Of a stretch of 64,000 bases of DNA, positions 37,301 through 47,401 are shown one piece after another. The notes beneath the pieces are model-generated. The model did no database searches. It was not told where the DNA came from and saw only the letters and a list, made by a program, of their open reading frames with translations. Origin of the DNA: Candidatus Obscuribacterales bacterium (GTDB taxonomy: Bacteria > Cyanobacteriota > Vampirovibrionia > Obscuribacterales > Obscuribacteraceae); NCBI GenBank assembly GCA_965228855.1, contig CBDDIJ010000003.1, forward strand, positions 1,728,001 to 1,792,000. The letters run 5' to 3'. Position 1 is the stretch's first letter; the number at the start of each line of letters is the position of its first letter. Made by a program: the position numbers and the translations under genes.

Positions 37301-38281
37301 TTATGAAAAACCGAGCACCGGATGGGGCACATAGTCGGCCTCCAGCACTCTCAATTCATCACCGTTTAATTTCAGAGAAACAGATGCGACTGCATCCTTC
37401 AAATGTTCCATTTTGGTGGCACCAATTATCGGCGCGGTGATACCATCCTGTTGCAGCAGCCAGGCTAGCGCAACTTGAGCCCGTGAAACTTTACGCTTCT
37501 CTGCTATTTTCGCTACTGCCTCGACAACCTTTCTATCGGCATCAGCTGTGGTGGCATAGAGACGCTTTCCAAATTCATCTGTCTCCGAGCGCTCAGTTTT
37601 CTCGTCCCAATCTCTTGTTAAACGACCGCGCGCCAGAGGACTCCACGGAATGATGCCCACACCCTCTTCACGACAAAGCGGAATCATTTCACGTTCTTCT
37701 TCCCTGTAAAGAAGATTGACGTAGTTCTGCATGCTTACGAATTTTGCCCAGCCATTTTTCTCCGATAGATGAAGAGATTTAGCGAATTGCCATGCGTACA
37801 TCGAAGAGGCTCCTATGTAGCGAGCCTTACCTGCACGGACGACATCATTTAAAGCATCCAGAGTTTCCTCAATCGGAGTCGAGTAATCCCACCTGTGAAT
37901 CTGGTAAAGGTCTACGTAATCCGTTTCAAGTCTTTTCAAACTGTGATCTATTTCGGTGAGAATTGCCTTGCGCGATAATCCTGCGCCATTGGCTCCTTTC
38001 CGCATACGACCATTAACCTTTGTGGCAACAACTACATCGTCGCGTTTTGCAAAGTCCTTGAGTGCTCGACCAACAAATTCTTCGCTTGTACCATCCGAAT
38101 ATACGTTCGCCGTATCAAAAAAGTTTATACCGAGGTTCAAAGCCTCTTTGATGAAACCGCGACTGGATTCCTCATCCAAAGTCCACGAGTGCGCCCCACG
38201 GTCCGACACTCCATAACTCATACAGCCCAGGCAAATGCGCGAGACATCGAGTCCAGTCTTCCCCAGTTTTACATATTCCAT
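37301..38281 (-). CDS. Aldo/keto reductase (YajO-like)
   Basis: LGCMSYG, FFDTANVYSDG, ATK, DLYQIHRWD, PWSPLARG, APIIGATK. Confidence 0.95.
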   Translation of the reverse strand: MEYVKLGKTGLDVSRICLGCMSYGVSDRGAHSWTLDEESSRGFIKEALNLGINFFDTANVYSDGTSEEFVGRALKDFAKRDDVVVATKVNGRMRKGANGAGLSRKAILTEIDHSLKRLETDYVDLYQIHRWDYSTPIEETLDALNDVVRAGKARYIGASSMYAWQFAKSLHLSEKNGWAKFVSMQNYVNLLYREEEREMIPLCREEGVGIIPWSPLARGRLTRDWDEKTERSETDEFGKRLYATTADADRKVVEAVAKIAEKRKVSRAQVALAWLLQQDGITAPIIGATKMEHLKDAVASVSLKLNGDELRVLEADYVPHPVLGFS

Positions 38282-38307
38282 ATAATAGATGACTCCGGAT
38301 TCGAATT

Positions 38308-38973
38308 TCAGCGACCGTTTCTAATCGGCGAAGCACCGAAATTCTTCAGCAAATCAGAGGGACCATCATAGATCTTGATCGCACCCGATTCAACAAGAAG
38401 ATCTTCCTCGAAGCCACCACTCAAAAATCCTATCGTGGACAAACCGATTTTAGATGCAGCAATCACGTCGTAGGGGGTATCGCCGACTACGATTGTGTTT
38501 TCAAAAGTCGTGCCAAGCTTTTTCAAAGCAACCTGAAAAATATCAGGATCAGGCTTGCTTTCATCTACGTCATCAGCACTAGTCGTGACATCAAACAAAT
38601 CGGTGGCGCCCAGCAGTTTCAAATAATGGTCCAGTTCATCTTGCTTCGCGGAAGAGCCCGCTGCCAGAAGTTTTTCACTCTGCTTTGTTGTTGCAAGCAA
38701 CGCATGTGAGTCGTGGAAAGCCCTTACTTTGTGAATATAGTTCTTCTTATAGTGCTCGCCGCGCCATTCTTCCAGTTCCGGTCCGAAATCATCGATTTGA
38801 GCCTTTGTTAGAAAGGTCGGCATGAGTTTGTCACCGCCCTTCCCGATCTGATTTCTAACATCAACGAACTTAGTTTCGATCTTAAAGTGGGCAAATGCCT
38901 CTTGCCAGGCTTTCGCATGCAAATCCACTGAATCTATCAAGGTACCATCGACATCAAAAATTACTGCTCTCAT
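38308..38973 (-). CDS. HAD-superfamily hydrolase
   Basis: FDVDGTLIDS, SKPDPDIF, VGDTPYD. Confidence 0.93.
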   Translation of the reverse strand: MRAVIFDVDGTLIDSVDLHAKAWQEAFAHFKIETKFVDVRNQIGKGGDKLMPTFLTKAQIDDFGPELEEWRGEHYKKNYIHKVRAFHDSHALLATTKQSEKLLAAGSSAKQDELDHYLKLLGATDLFDVTTSADDVDESKPDPDIFQVALKKLGTTFENTIVVGDTPYDVIAASKIGLSTIGFLSGGFEEDLLVESGAIKIYDGPSDLLKNFGASPIRNGR

Positions 38974-39312
38974 ACGCCTCCGCTTTCAGGCTCAAATACT
39001 TCGCGAGAATGACCGCGGCTCTCGCTATGGTTGATAGGCAGCTCTATAGCAAAAGAACAGAATTTAGATGAATTAAGTTCTTTAGCATAACTTGGCAACA
39101 TTTTTGCTATAGGCCCGTCTAACTTGCAATGAACTGTTGATGCTTAATCCGATCCTCGGAAAAACTGACAATTTAGGGTTGGCAAGCGCGAATGTGATCG
39201 CCAATAAGCTACCATAACCGTTTATTGCAACTAACCGCTTGGATTTACAAGCGTCGGAGAGAGACTCGCGCAGCGGCGCACACGCATTTAGCTCAACTAA
39301 GGAGTATTCACC

Positions 39313-40995
39313 ATGCGAAAACAAGTTGCCAGAACACTTTTAGCTTTGGCAGCCACGATACCACTGACGGTTCTCGCCGTTTCAGCGCAGAGTAATAACG
39401 ACGAAGATATTTCTTTTTATGCTCAAGAGCTGAATCAGCGTATCGAGGCTGGACGCAATTCGATTTCATCGGATAACTACAATAATTTGCGTAATCTGTA
39501 CAATCAGATCGACATGATCCGCAGACAGTACGGAAACAAGAAAATGGGCGATGCCGAACGCAACAACATGATGGCGTCGTTAATGAATCTCGACAGAGAA
39601 CTTACGAAAAATCTGCACGACGATCAAAATGCACGCTGGCAGAACTGGGACCCGAACACGAGAAAGTGGCGTAACAACTGGTGGAGTAATAAGTTAAACG
39701 GAAATGTATCCAGCAACACCTACAATTTCAACGACGAAATCGACGCCTATCAACGTGATCTTAAAACTCGTATTGACAGAGGGCGTCAATCAGGACGTCT
39801 GAGTTCTTCTGAATACAACCGCTTGTGGAATCAGTGGGGAGTGATCGATCGCTCTCAGCAAGATTACAGGCGCGGCGGTTTCGATATGAGAGAGCGCAAC
39901 AATCTTATGGGAATGTTGACGCAACTCGACCGCGATATCACAGCACAACTACGTGATGATAACGATTCACGATTCCGCTTCTGGGACCCGAACAAGAATG
40001 CGTGGAATCAAAACTGGTGGAAGCCGGGTTGGACAGCAAGCAACGCACCCGGATGGAACAACAATAACAACTCCGGATGGAGCGGCGCCAGTCAATTCAA
40101 TGATGAAATCGACTCTTATCAGCGCGATTTGAAAGCACGAATCGACAAAGCCCGTCGCATGGGCAAGTTGAGTCCAAGTGAACTGAATAGCCTGACCAAT
40201 CAATACACTGAAATTGACAGATTGCAGCAGGATTACAGACGTGGTGGCTTCAATCTAACTGAGCGTAATTCTTTGATGACAAAGCTCACCAGACTCGATC
40301 GTGATATCACCGCTCAAGCGAGAGATGATGAAAATTCCCGGTACCGTTACTGGGATACCAGCAAAAATGCCTGGAATCAAAACTGGTGGAAACCTGGTTG
40401 GACAGCGCAAACCAATCCGAGCACCAACGTGAATCCAAACGACACGATGCGAAACTCGATGCAATTTAACGAGGAAGTCAATTCCTACCAGGCAAGACTT
40501 CGTCAGGAAATCAATCGCGGCGAGCGTTCCGGCAAGCTGACAGCAGCTGAAGTTACTGATCTCAACCGCCAGTATGAACAAATCGAAAGTGCACAAAAAT
40601 CTAGCAGAGGTCGAGGTTTCACACGCGGCGAACGCGATAGTCTGATGAATCAGCTCAGGTCTCTCGAAACCAACATCAACAATGCACAGCGCAATGCGAT
40701 CACGCAGAACTCAGCGACCGAGCAACGCCGAGATTGGAAACAAGACCAGCTCGATGCACGCAACGAACGACGTGACGATCGCAGAGGTTGGAGCAAAAAC
40801 GATAGCAACAACCCGACGGGACGGACGACAACACCACCTGTAGGCCCACCTACGGTATCACCTGCTCAGCCATCATCCTCGGTACCAGCTACAACGGCAC
40901 CGGCTCCCAATGCCAGTAACAGCAATAGCAACGACGACGATCGCGAACGCGGTCGCGGTCGCGGTCGAGGCGGACGAGGTCGCAACAACGACTAA
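39313..40995 (+). CDS. Secreted protein with four tandem helical repeats, Trp/Asn-rich linkers and an RG-rich C-terminus
   Basis: AAGGAG RBS, signal peptide, four copies of FNDEIDxYQxxLxxRIxxGxxxGxL..ERNxLMxxLxxLDxxI. Confidence 0.85.
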   Translation: MRKQVARTLLALAATIPLTVLAVSAQSNNDEDISFYAQELNQRIEAGRNSISSDNYNNLRNLYNQIDMIRRQYGNKKMGDAERNNMMASLMNLDRELTKNLHDDQNARWQNWDPNTRKWRNNWWSNKLNGNVSSNTYNFNDEIDAYQRDLKTRIDRGRQSGRLSSSEYNRLWNQWGVIDRSQQDYRRGGFDMRERNNLMGMLTQLDRDITAQLRDDNDSRFRFWDPNKNAWNQNWWKPGWTASNAPGWNNNNNSGWSGASQFNDEIDSYQRDLKARIDKARRMGKLSPSELNSLTNQYTEIDRLQQDYRRGGFNLTERNSLMTKLTRLDRDITAQARDDENSRYRYWDTSKNAWNQNWWKPGWTAQTNPSTNVNPNDTMRNSMQFNEEVNSYQARLRQEINRGERSGKLTAAEVTDLNRQYEQIESAQKSSRGRGFTRGERDSLMNQLRSLETNINNAQRNAITQNSATEQRRDWKQDQLDARNERRDDRRGWSKNDSNNPTGRTTTPPVGPPTVSPAQPSSSVPATTAPAPNASNSNSNDDDRERGRGRGRGGRGRNND

Positions 40996-41027
40996 TCGGC
41001 ATCATAACGAGTTTGATTAATTGATTG

Positions 41028-41065
41028 AACGGCTGCGTTGGTTACCTACCTAACGCAGCCGTTTT
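41028..41065 (+). terminator. Rho-independent terminator
   Basis: AACGGCTGCGTT..AACGCAGCCGTT stem followed by a T run, ~30 nt after the stop of the 39313 gene. Confidence 0.8.
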
Positions 41066-41117
41066 ACAGAAAGCGAACAAAGAAGAAAAAGAAAGTAAAA
41101 GAGAAAGAATACGACTA

Positions 41118-41157
41118 GAAAGAAGGATCGGTAGTTCAGCCGATCCTCTTTCTTCTC
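41118..41157 (-). terminator. Probable terminator for the 41211..42053 gene
   Basis: AGGATCGG..CCGATCCT stem followed on the minus strand by a long T/C-rich tract. Confidence 0.55.
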
Positions 41158-41210
41158 TCTCTTCTTCAAAATAAGCTTTTCTGCGTGCGTGGCGGCTGCT
41201 AACGAGAATG

Positions 41211-42053
41211 CTATGTCACCGACGATTCATGAGCCTTCTCTTCAACCTTCTGCGTATCGCGTTGCATCGCTTTGATTTCTCCCCGCGAACTGCCCATCAT
41301 CTTCAGAATCTTCGAGCGATTTCTCCAGACCAGGAGCGCCGCGATAGGCGTTCCTATCACAACCAGCAAGCCAGCACCAATCACGGCTATGAGAATCGCT
41401 GTGCTGGTGACTCCAACGACTTCCTTTAGACCCTTCATATCGGATTTTAGAGTCTGAAGGTTGCCCCGTACATTGTTGACCGGTCCCGCCATGGCTACAA
41501 CCGGCTCCTTGAGTTTCACAACCGGCTCATAGATGCGATTTAGATTATGCTCGACTTTGCCTAGCGTTTTGTCCACGTTTGTAGTTTGCTGTTGAACACC
41601 GGATATGTCCTGGTGAATCTCACCCATCTGCCCGTGCACGTTCACCATATCCTGCCTGAGACCAACCATCGGCTTCTGCAAGTCTGTAATCGGGGTTTCA
41701 ATGTGCGTAATGCGCTTGCCCAGCCTGCGAACCTCTTTTTGAGTATCCGTAACAGGCTTGAAAATCCACTTAAACGGATTCAAGTCACCGATAGTAAAGC
41801 CTTTCTTCTCTTCGTCCACATCGAGGTTAACGCCATCGACCTCGCTCACCGCGTCACTCTTTACTTCCTTGAGCTGCTCCTTTTGAGCCTTGTCCTGAGC
41901 TTTCTTGGGTGTCTCGCTTTTCTCGACGCGGCTATCCTCGGTTGATTTCGCAGGGGCGCTTGCTGTGTCCGCGGCCAATGCCACCGGACTTATTGACAGC
42001 CACATAGCAGTTGCAAGAGCTACGTTCCTCAAGGATTCCGATTTGCAGTTCAT
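41211..42053 (-). CDS. Exported Pro-punctuated coiled-coil protein with C-terminal membrane anchor
   Basis: Signal peptide; heptads such as PITDLQK PMVGLRQ, PVVKLKE PVVAMAG; long C-terminal hydrophobic stretch; similar to 50210..51256. Confidence 0.75.
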   Translation of the reverse strand: MNCKSESLRNVALATAMWLSISPVALAADTASAPAKSTEDSRVEKSETPKKAQDKAQKEQLKEVKSDAVSEVDGVNLDVDEEKKGFTIGDLNPFKWIFKPVTDTQKEVRRLGKRITHIETPITDLQKPMVGLRQDMVNVHGQMGEIHQDISGVQQQTTNVDKTLGKVEHNLNRIYEPVVKLKEPVVAMAGPVNNVRGNLQTLKSDMKGLKEVVGVTSTAILIAVIGAGLLVVIGTPIAALLVWRNRSKILKMMGSSRGEIKAMQRDTQKVEEKAHESSVT

Positions 42054-42137
42054 ATGTTATCTCCGATTCTCAACCTCTCTCCTAGCAAATTAGCGGAGCG
42101 GCGATGAACGGCACACAACAACGGCTTGGTGAAAACA

Positions 42138-42719
42138 TCACAGAGGTCTTCGGAAATACTCGCCTTTCTCCTCCAGCGATTCAAGCTGTGGAAGGATCTG
42201 GAGCGCCAGATTTGCTATGTTACGGGCGTCATCGATGCCACGGTGGTGAGTTCCCTCCAGATTCAGTCCAGCCAGTTCAAGAGCCTTTTCCATCCCCATG
42301 GGTTTTGTGTTATGGAGACGCGAAAATTCCTTTTTGAGATTGATGTGGTTGTCGAGCCTCGACGGAAACCTTAGATTAAACCGACTGCAATCGCTCTTCA
42401 GTTGACGGAGGTCGTAAGCACCCCAAGAGCAAAAAATGAACGGTTCATCACCTATCCACTGCATAAACTGGGTAAACACAGGTTTGAATGACTCAGCAGC
42501 ATCGACATCCTCTTGCCGAATGGTGGTCAGGGCCGTGCAAAAAGCGCTCAGGATCGGAGAGAAGGTCGGCCTGATAAATCTAGAGAATTCACCGCCTACA
42601 GGACCAGTCGCGGAAAGAAGGCACACTGCGCCAATTTCGATAGTTTCCATCACGTCATCAGGCAGCCGCCGCTCACGGTCCCAACAAGTCGCTTCCAAGT
42701 CTGTGACGATGTATCGCAT
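42138..42719 (-). CDS. DEDDh 3'-5' exonuclease (ERI-1/KapD-like)
   Basis: YIVTDLEATC, ETIEIGAV, FCTALTTI, SWGAYD, HHRGIDDARN. ATG 42719 preferred. Confidence 0.92.
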   Translation of the reverse strand: MRYIVTDLEATCWDRERRLPDDVMETIEIGAVCLLSATGPVGGEFSRFIRPTFSPILSAFCTALTTIRQEDVDAAESFKPVFTQFMQWIGDEPFIFCSWGAYDLRQLKSDCSRFNLRFPSRLDNHINLKKEFSRLHNTKPMGMEKALELAGLNLEGTHHRGIDDARNIANLALQILPQLESLEEKGEYFRRPL

Positions 42720-42863
42720 AGCATTACGCAAAAACGGGTCTCCGAGTGATGCATCCGCAGCCACCGGGCACGTCGAATTATGGCACAATCACTCGCTCTT
42801 TGTCGCAAAGTCTGAGAGAATGTCGCGATAAGCCAAGTTAAAATCAGCAGAGCACCTGAATCT

Positions 42864-44450
42864 ATGAAACTACTCGGTCGGCGAATACTGATCTCCGTGG
42901 CGATTGCGGCGAGCATTTGTTTGTTCGAACAAGCAGGTAAAGCGTTCGCTCAAAACGTGGACACTTCAAATTGGCAGGATTACGGAGCAGCGGACAACGC
43001 TTTTACTATGCGAGTGCCACGTGGATGGAGCGTGAATCTCGATGAGCCGACGGGCCGAATTGACGTTACCAACGAGAGCGGGGCCGTTTTATCGGTACTA
43101 CCGTTCGCAGTGTCGAACATTACTCTTGAAAAGCTCAACCCGAAACTATTTTTCGAGATGATAATCAAGTCGTTCGCACCGAACGAAACCTGGTCCTCAC
43201 CGCAATCAGTGGGCAAGAACGCATTCCGAGCGACCTACACGAATGCGACCGAAAATGCCTCATCGGCAATTGTGGTGTCACAAAATGGTCCCAGTGTCCT
43301 TGGTCAAATCTGCATCGTCAAGCTACCTGTCGAAGGCAGGACAACAGATGCTAAAGAATTTGCTGCCATTCTGGGAACCTTAAAATATAATGCCTCCGCG
43401 GCTGGTGCTAATCACGGTGGCAGTGGTGGCTCTAGTAGTGGCACAGAGTCCGGTGGCCCATATGGTGGCACGCTGAACAATGGCACCCCTTCAGGCCAAA
43501 GCTGGACAAAATTCACCGATCCCAGCGAGCAGTCTTTCTTTGTCGATGTGCCGGTGGGTTGGAAAGTCGAGGGCGGTTTAACCAGATATGGTGCACTCGA
43601 CGTGCGCCCCTGGGTCAAAGTTGTTTCTCCGGATAGTCTCATCACGGCCTTCATCGGCGACGGCAAAATTTCGCCTTGCACAATGCCGACCGCACAAGGC
43701 ACCGCGCTCGGCTTCGGCATTGGTTCTCGTTATAACGGAACAATTGTGCAACCTTACGTACCAGCTCGTCAATTCGCAGAGCGCTATGCAAAGACGCTGT
43801 TGAAGACCTTCTTGACCGATGTCCAGGTCACGGAAGAACACAATCATCCGGACGTAGCAGCAGCGGTCAATGGCACTGTAGGCACAACCAAGTCTGAAGC
43901 CGCTTCTATAAAACTTACCGGCATGTACGGAAGCACTCCAGCGGTCGCGTACTTCCTGGCGGTAACCAAAGCAACCGTAGCTTACGGAACCGGAATGTGG
44001 TGGGTGACGAAGATAGCAGGAGTCGTAGGTCCAGCAGAACGAGATGCTGAGGGTCTGGCAGTAATTTTACATATGCTGCAGACTTTTGAGGTTAACCCGG
44101 CATGGGAGAGCAATTCCTTGCGAAACACCGCAGCAGTATCGCAACACTACCGCCAGGTTAGCCAACAAGTTTCCCGCTCGATTTCCGAAAGATATTGGAG
44201 CCAGCAAGCCCACAACGACAAAATGAATCAGGCTTATTGGAACCGCCAGGCGACACAAGATCGCGCGGCAAACAATTTCAGCAACTACGTACGTGGAGTT
44301 GAGAATGTTCGTGACGCAAGCACCGGTGAAAACTTCCAGGTTCAATATGGCCCGGCAAGCCACTACATCGATTCCGGAAGCAACTATATAGTCGGTAGCG
44401 ACCAGGGAGCGCCGGCTCCTGACTGGAGAGAACTGATTCGCCTTCCCTAA
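42864..44450 (+). CDS. Secreted hypothetical protein with two related domains (PsbP-like openings)
   Basis: Signal peptide; WQDY..AFTMRVPRGW and WTKF..SFFVDVPVGW, separated by a Gly/Ser linker. Confidence 0.75.
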   Translation: MKLLGRRILISVAIAASICLFEQAGKAFAQNVDTSNWQDYGAADNAFTMRVPRGWSVNLDEPTGRIDVTNESGAVLSVLPFAVSNITLEKLNPKLFFEMIIKSFAPNETWSSPQSVGKNAFRATYTNATENASSAIVVSQNGPSVLGQICIVKLPVEGRTTDAKEFAAILGTLKYNASAAGANHGGSGGSSSGTESGGPYGGTLNNGTPSGQSWTKFTDPSEQSFFVDVPVGWKVEGGLTRYGALDVRPWVKVVSPDSLITAFIGDGKISPCTMPTAQGTALGFGIGSRYNGTIVQPYVPARQFAERYAKTLLKTFLTDVQVTEEHNHPDVAAAVNGTVGTTKSEAASIKLTGMYGSTPAVAYFLAVTKATVAYGTGMWWVTKIAGVVGPAERDAEGLAVILHMLQTFEVNPAWESNSLRNTAAVSQHYRQVSQQVSRSISERYWSQQAHNDKMNQAYWNRQATQDRAANNFSNYVRGVENVRDASTGENFQVQYGPASHYIDSGSNYIVGSDQGAPAPDWRELIRLP

Positions 44451-44503
44451 AACTGTAAGCATCTCGATAGCGTCGGAATCGACAGGTTGCCGCCTGAGCG
44501 GCG

Positions 44504-45235
44504 TCATCCGCCGGAGCGCTTAGGTTTGTACCCGAGCTTTTGAAGTTCCGCTAAAATTTTTGCTACATGGTCACCCTGAATTTCTATGTCACCATCTTTA
44601 ACAGTGCCACCACTTCCGCAAAGTTGTTTTAACTGCGCTCCAAGCTTCTCCAGTTCGTCATCATCAAGTGGCAGACCAGTCACCACCGAAACCTTCTTGC
44701 CCTTTCGACCTTTCGCATCTAGCGCGACTCTAACTTTGCTGTTTGCTTTTTCTGATTTGGATAATTCAGCTTTCTCTACTTTAGCCGCTGCCACAATCGG
44801 CGCTCGCTTGCCGCCTTTCAGGATCAGTCGAACAATCAAACTGGACACGCTTTGCCTCAAAGCGCCGGCATTCTCAAAACAATTGGTGGTTTTCCAGACC
44901 TCGCTGTTTCCCGAATAACCAGGAAATAGCTTTCGCAAATCAGCCTCACCAACGCCCTGCAGGTGTACGACCAGATCAGCCTTTTTTAAATCTTCGATGT
45001 TCGCCTGTGTCATAGTTCTTGTGACTGCAATCGCATCTGCGATGCCAAACTCGCTCAACACAGCAAGCTCATTCTCGGTCAATTGCTGTTCGCTAAATTC
45101 ACCCGTCGATGTTCTCGACAGCGATGTCCAGAAGACATCATTTTTCAGAGCTTCCGATTCGAAAACTAACTCAGCCAATTTGCTATCGCGGTTAGACTTG
45201 GCAATAAATAAGAGTACTTTCGGCTTATCATTCAT
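44504..45235 (-). CDS. yciH: Fusion of degenerate LMW phosphatase/ArsC-like domain with SUI1 (eIF1-like) translation initiation factor
   Basis: C-terminal KGRKGKKVSVVTGL..LKQLCGSGGTVKDGDIEIQGDH..GY..KRSGG is SUI1. N-terminal KVLLFIAKSNRDSKLAELVF and DLKKADLVV resemble LMW-PTP. Confidence 0.8.
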   Translation of the reverse strand: MNDKPKVLLFIAKSNRDSKLAELVFESEALKNDVFWTSLSRTSTGEFSEQQLTENELAVLSEFGIADAIAVTRTMTQANIEDLKKADLVVHLQGVGEADLRKLFPGYSGNSEVWKTTNCFENAGALRQSVSSLIVRLILKGGKRAPIVAAAKVEKAELSKSEKANSKVRVALDAKGRKGKKVSVVTGLPLDDDELEKLGAQLKQLCGSGGTVKDGDIEIQGDHVAKILAELQKLGYKPKRSGG

Positions 45236-45332
45236 TTGAGCATTCCAGATCGATTCGGGTATTATTTTTGCACACGACGCGATATTAGTAGCGCCATTTC
45301 AGGACTGAAGCTAAACAAAGGTTAGAAACGGC

Positions 45333-45821
45333 ATGGAACAAATTGACGAGCAAAACTCGAGCGGTGCGGTTTATGCCATCGCGCTGTCACTTCTAACGGT
45401 CGCGTCCTTGACCTTTGGATACTTCGGTATGCAACAGCGAGTTGCAAACGGTTGGCCAAGTACTCAAGCGAAAATCGAGTCGGTAGTAGAAGAGGATGAA
45501 CCTCAACCGACCGAGTCGAATAAGTTTCGGCATCACATTAAGGTCGTTTACGATTACACGGTAAACGGAAACTCATATCGCACTGAAGAAATCGCGGTTC
45601 CGCTTGTTAAGGAGCCGGAAGCCGATGAATACTTGAAAAAGTATGCTCCCGGCTCGACCCACGAAGTGAAATATAATCCGGAGTCGCCTCAACAGTCACA
45701 ACTGGCAGCTGTTTCTAAGAATGCCCGCCACTTTCTGATGATTGCGGTAGGTTTAGCGATTTTAGTTGTGTTCGGAATTGTGTTTCGCAAACGCATCCTC
45801 AAACAGACCGGTCGCTCTTAA
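45333..45821 (+). CDS. DUF3592-like membrane protein
   Basis: TM, WPSTQAKI, VVYDYTVNG..Y, VKYNPESPQQSQL, second TM. Confidence 0.8.
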   Translation: MEQIDEQNSSGAVYAIALSLLTVASLTFGYFGMQQRVANGWPSTQAKIESVVEEDEPQPTESNKFRHHIKVVYDYTVNGNSYRTEEIAVPLVKEPEADEYLKKYAPGSTHEVKYNPESPQQSQLAAVSKNARHFLMIAVGLAILVVFGIVFRKRILKQTGRS

Positions 45822-45950
45822 GTTTCCCGCCAGAGCGACACCACATTCAGTGCGGTTGTTTCAATTGAACGAGCCAGCTCGAGACTCAGACTGATGCTGC
45901 ATGTGGTATCAGGAATTGGAACCACTGAAGCGTGATTCTCCTGCATCACC

Positions 45951-45982
45951 AAAAGCAAATCCCGCAGACAGAATCTGCGGGA
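45951..45982 (-). terminator. Rho-independent terminator for the 46035..46463 gene
   Basis: TCCCGCAGA..TCTGCGGGA stem followed on the minus strand by TTTGCTTTT. Confidence 0.7.
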
Positions 45983-46034
45983 CAGCCTCTTATGACTGGA
46001 GAATTAGGCTCCAGTCAAATCTGAACAGTACTGA

Positions 46035-46463
46035 TTACTCAGTTTTAGTTTTCTCAGTCTTAACCGAGGTAGACGAGCCATCAGCGCCAACGGTTTGGGC
46101 TGCTTCAGTTTTCTTATGAGTTGAACCTGCCGCATCGACTTCGTGCTTCTCTTCTGTTTTAGCGGAGCTAACGCTTCCATCGAGGTTCTGGCGGACAGCT
46201 TTCTTTTCTTTACTTACGCTAGCACCATTCGGACCAGCTTTAGCTTTGAACGTCGTCGAGTTAGCACCATCCAGGGTGGCATTTTCCTTTTTCACGCTGG
46301 TAGACGAGCCGGTAGCGTCTGTCTTTGTTTTAACGCTGGTCGAGCGTTTCGCCAAAGGTGTAGACGACTCAACGGTGGTCGATTGGATTTCATCAGCGAG
46401 TGCGGCACCAGCATTCAACAGAAATGCAGCAGCGAGCGTCGCACGTGTTAGAAAATTCGACAT
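46035..46463 (-). CDS. Small secreted Ser/Thr/Lys-rich repeat protein
   Basis: AAGGAG RBS, signal peptide (AGAALA), repeated DGSSTSVK-like units. Confidence 0.75.
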   Translation of the reverse strand: MSNFLTRATLAAAFLLNAGAALADEIQSTTVESSTPLAKRSTSVKTKTDATGSSTSVKKENATLDGANSTTFKAKAGPNGASVSKEKKAVRQNLDGSVSSAKTEEKHEVDAAGSTHKKTEAAQTVGADGSSTSVKTEKTKTE

Positions 46464-46768
46464 AAATCACTCCTTTAAAGTGTTGGTTTGTTTCGCGGTT
46501 TCCAGCCGCACTTCAAGAGAACAGCTCCTGCAAGTGCCGCAACCGGGTCACAAGGGAGGCTCTTCCGAGCAGCCGGTTGTGTGATGGAATCAAGAAGGTT
46601 TAAGTTCCCACTGAGTCGATTAAACTTTCAACAGTTTCTGGAACGAAATGATGAAAGCCAGACAAAAGGTCCATAAACCGCACGAGTGGACACTATAAAG
46701 GGTTCGGCATTCAATTCTCTTGCGTCTGCTATACACCCCGAGGTACATGAAACATTCGTGGAGGATGT

Positions 46769-47329
46769 ATGAAACATACGAAAATTGGTGCAGGCGTAGC
46801 ACTGTCGACGCTCGCGATCTTATCGGTTTGCTCGCTCAGCGGATTCGCTAGAGACACCACGGTGTCGGGCAAGATGTCGACTTCAGAAACTCAAGACATC
46901 GTCAATACTCTTAGAAGTAGAGGCGCCTTCCACAAGACTCTCGAAGGTATGAGCACAGCTTATGATCTCGATAACGAATTGAAGGGCAAAGGTCCATTCA
47001 CTGTATTCGCAGCTGATGACAAAGCTTGGGCGAAGATAAATCAAGCTGACCAGGACACTTTGTTCAACAACAAGAAGAAGCTTTCTCAAGTTCTCTCATA
47101 CCAAGTATTGAAGGACCAGAAGCTGGATTCGAAGGCATTAGAAGGCATGTCTTCGGTGAAATCAATGGAAGGTCACGATATTAAATTGTCGGTAAAGGCC
47201 GGCAATGAGGATAAAAAAGATGACGGTCTTTACGTTGATAAAGCTCACGTAAAAGAAGCGGACATCCAGTGCTCGAATGGAATTATCCATATCGTAGACC
47301 AGCCTATCATGCCACCTTTGGCTCAATAG
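46769..47329 (+). CDS. Fasciclin (FAS1) domain protein
   Basis: GGAGG RBS, signal peptide, GPFTVFAADDKAW, ADIQCSNGIIHIVD. Confidence 0.92.
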   Translation: MKHTKIGAGVALSTLAILSVCSLSGFARDTTVSGKMSTSETQDIVNTLRSRGAFHKTLEGMSTAYDLDNELKGKGPFTVFAADDKAWAKINQADQDTLFNNKKKLSQVLSYQVLKDQKLDSKALEGMSSVKSMEGHDIKLSVKAGNEDKKDDGLYVDKAHVKEADIQCSNGIIHIVDQPIMPPLAQ

Positions 47330-47348
47330 AGTTTGACCACAAACCGCT

Positions 47349-47384
47349 AACGACTCGATGCAGTTCACTGTGTCGAGTCGTTTT
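47349..47384. terminator. Terminator hairpin between convergent genes
   Basis: AACGACTCGATGCAG-ttca-CTGTGTCGAGTCGTT followed by T's. Confidence 0.75.
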
Positions 47385-47401
47385 CATGTAGCCGAACGAG
47401 C

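Noticed and set aside
39720..40410. Direct DNA repeats as a CRISPR array or mobile element
   Set aside because: They are in-frame protein repeats with synonymous divergence and no repeat-spacer pattern.
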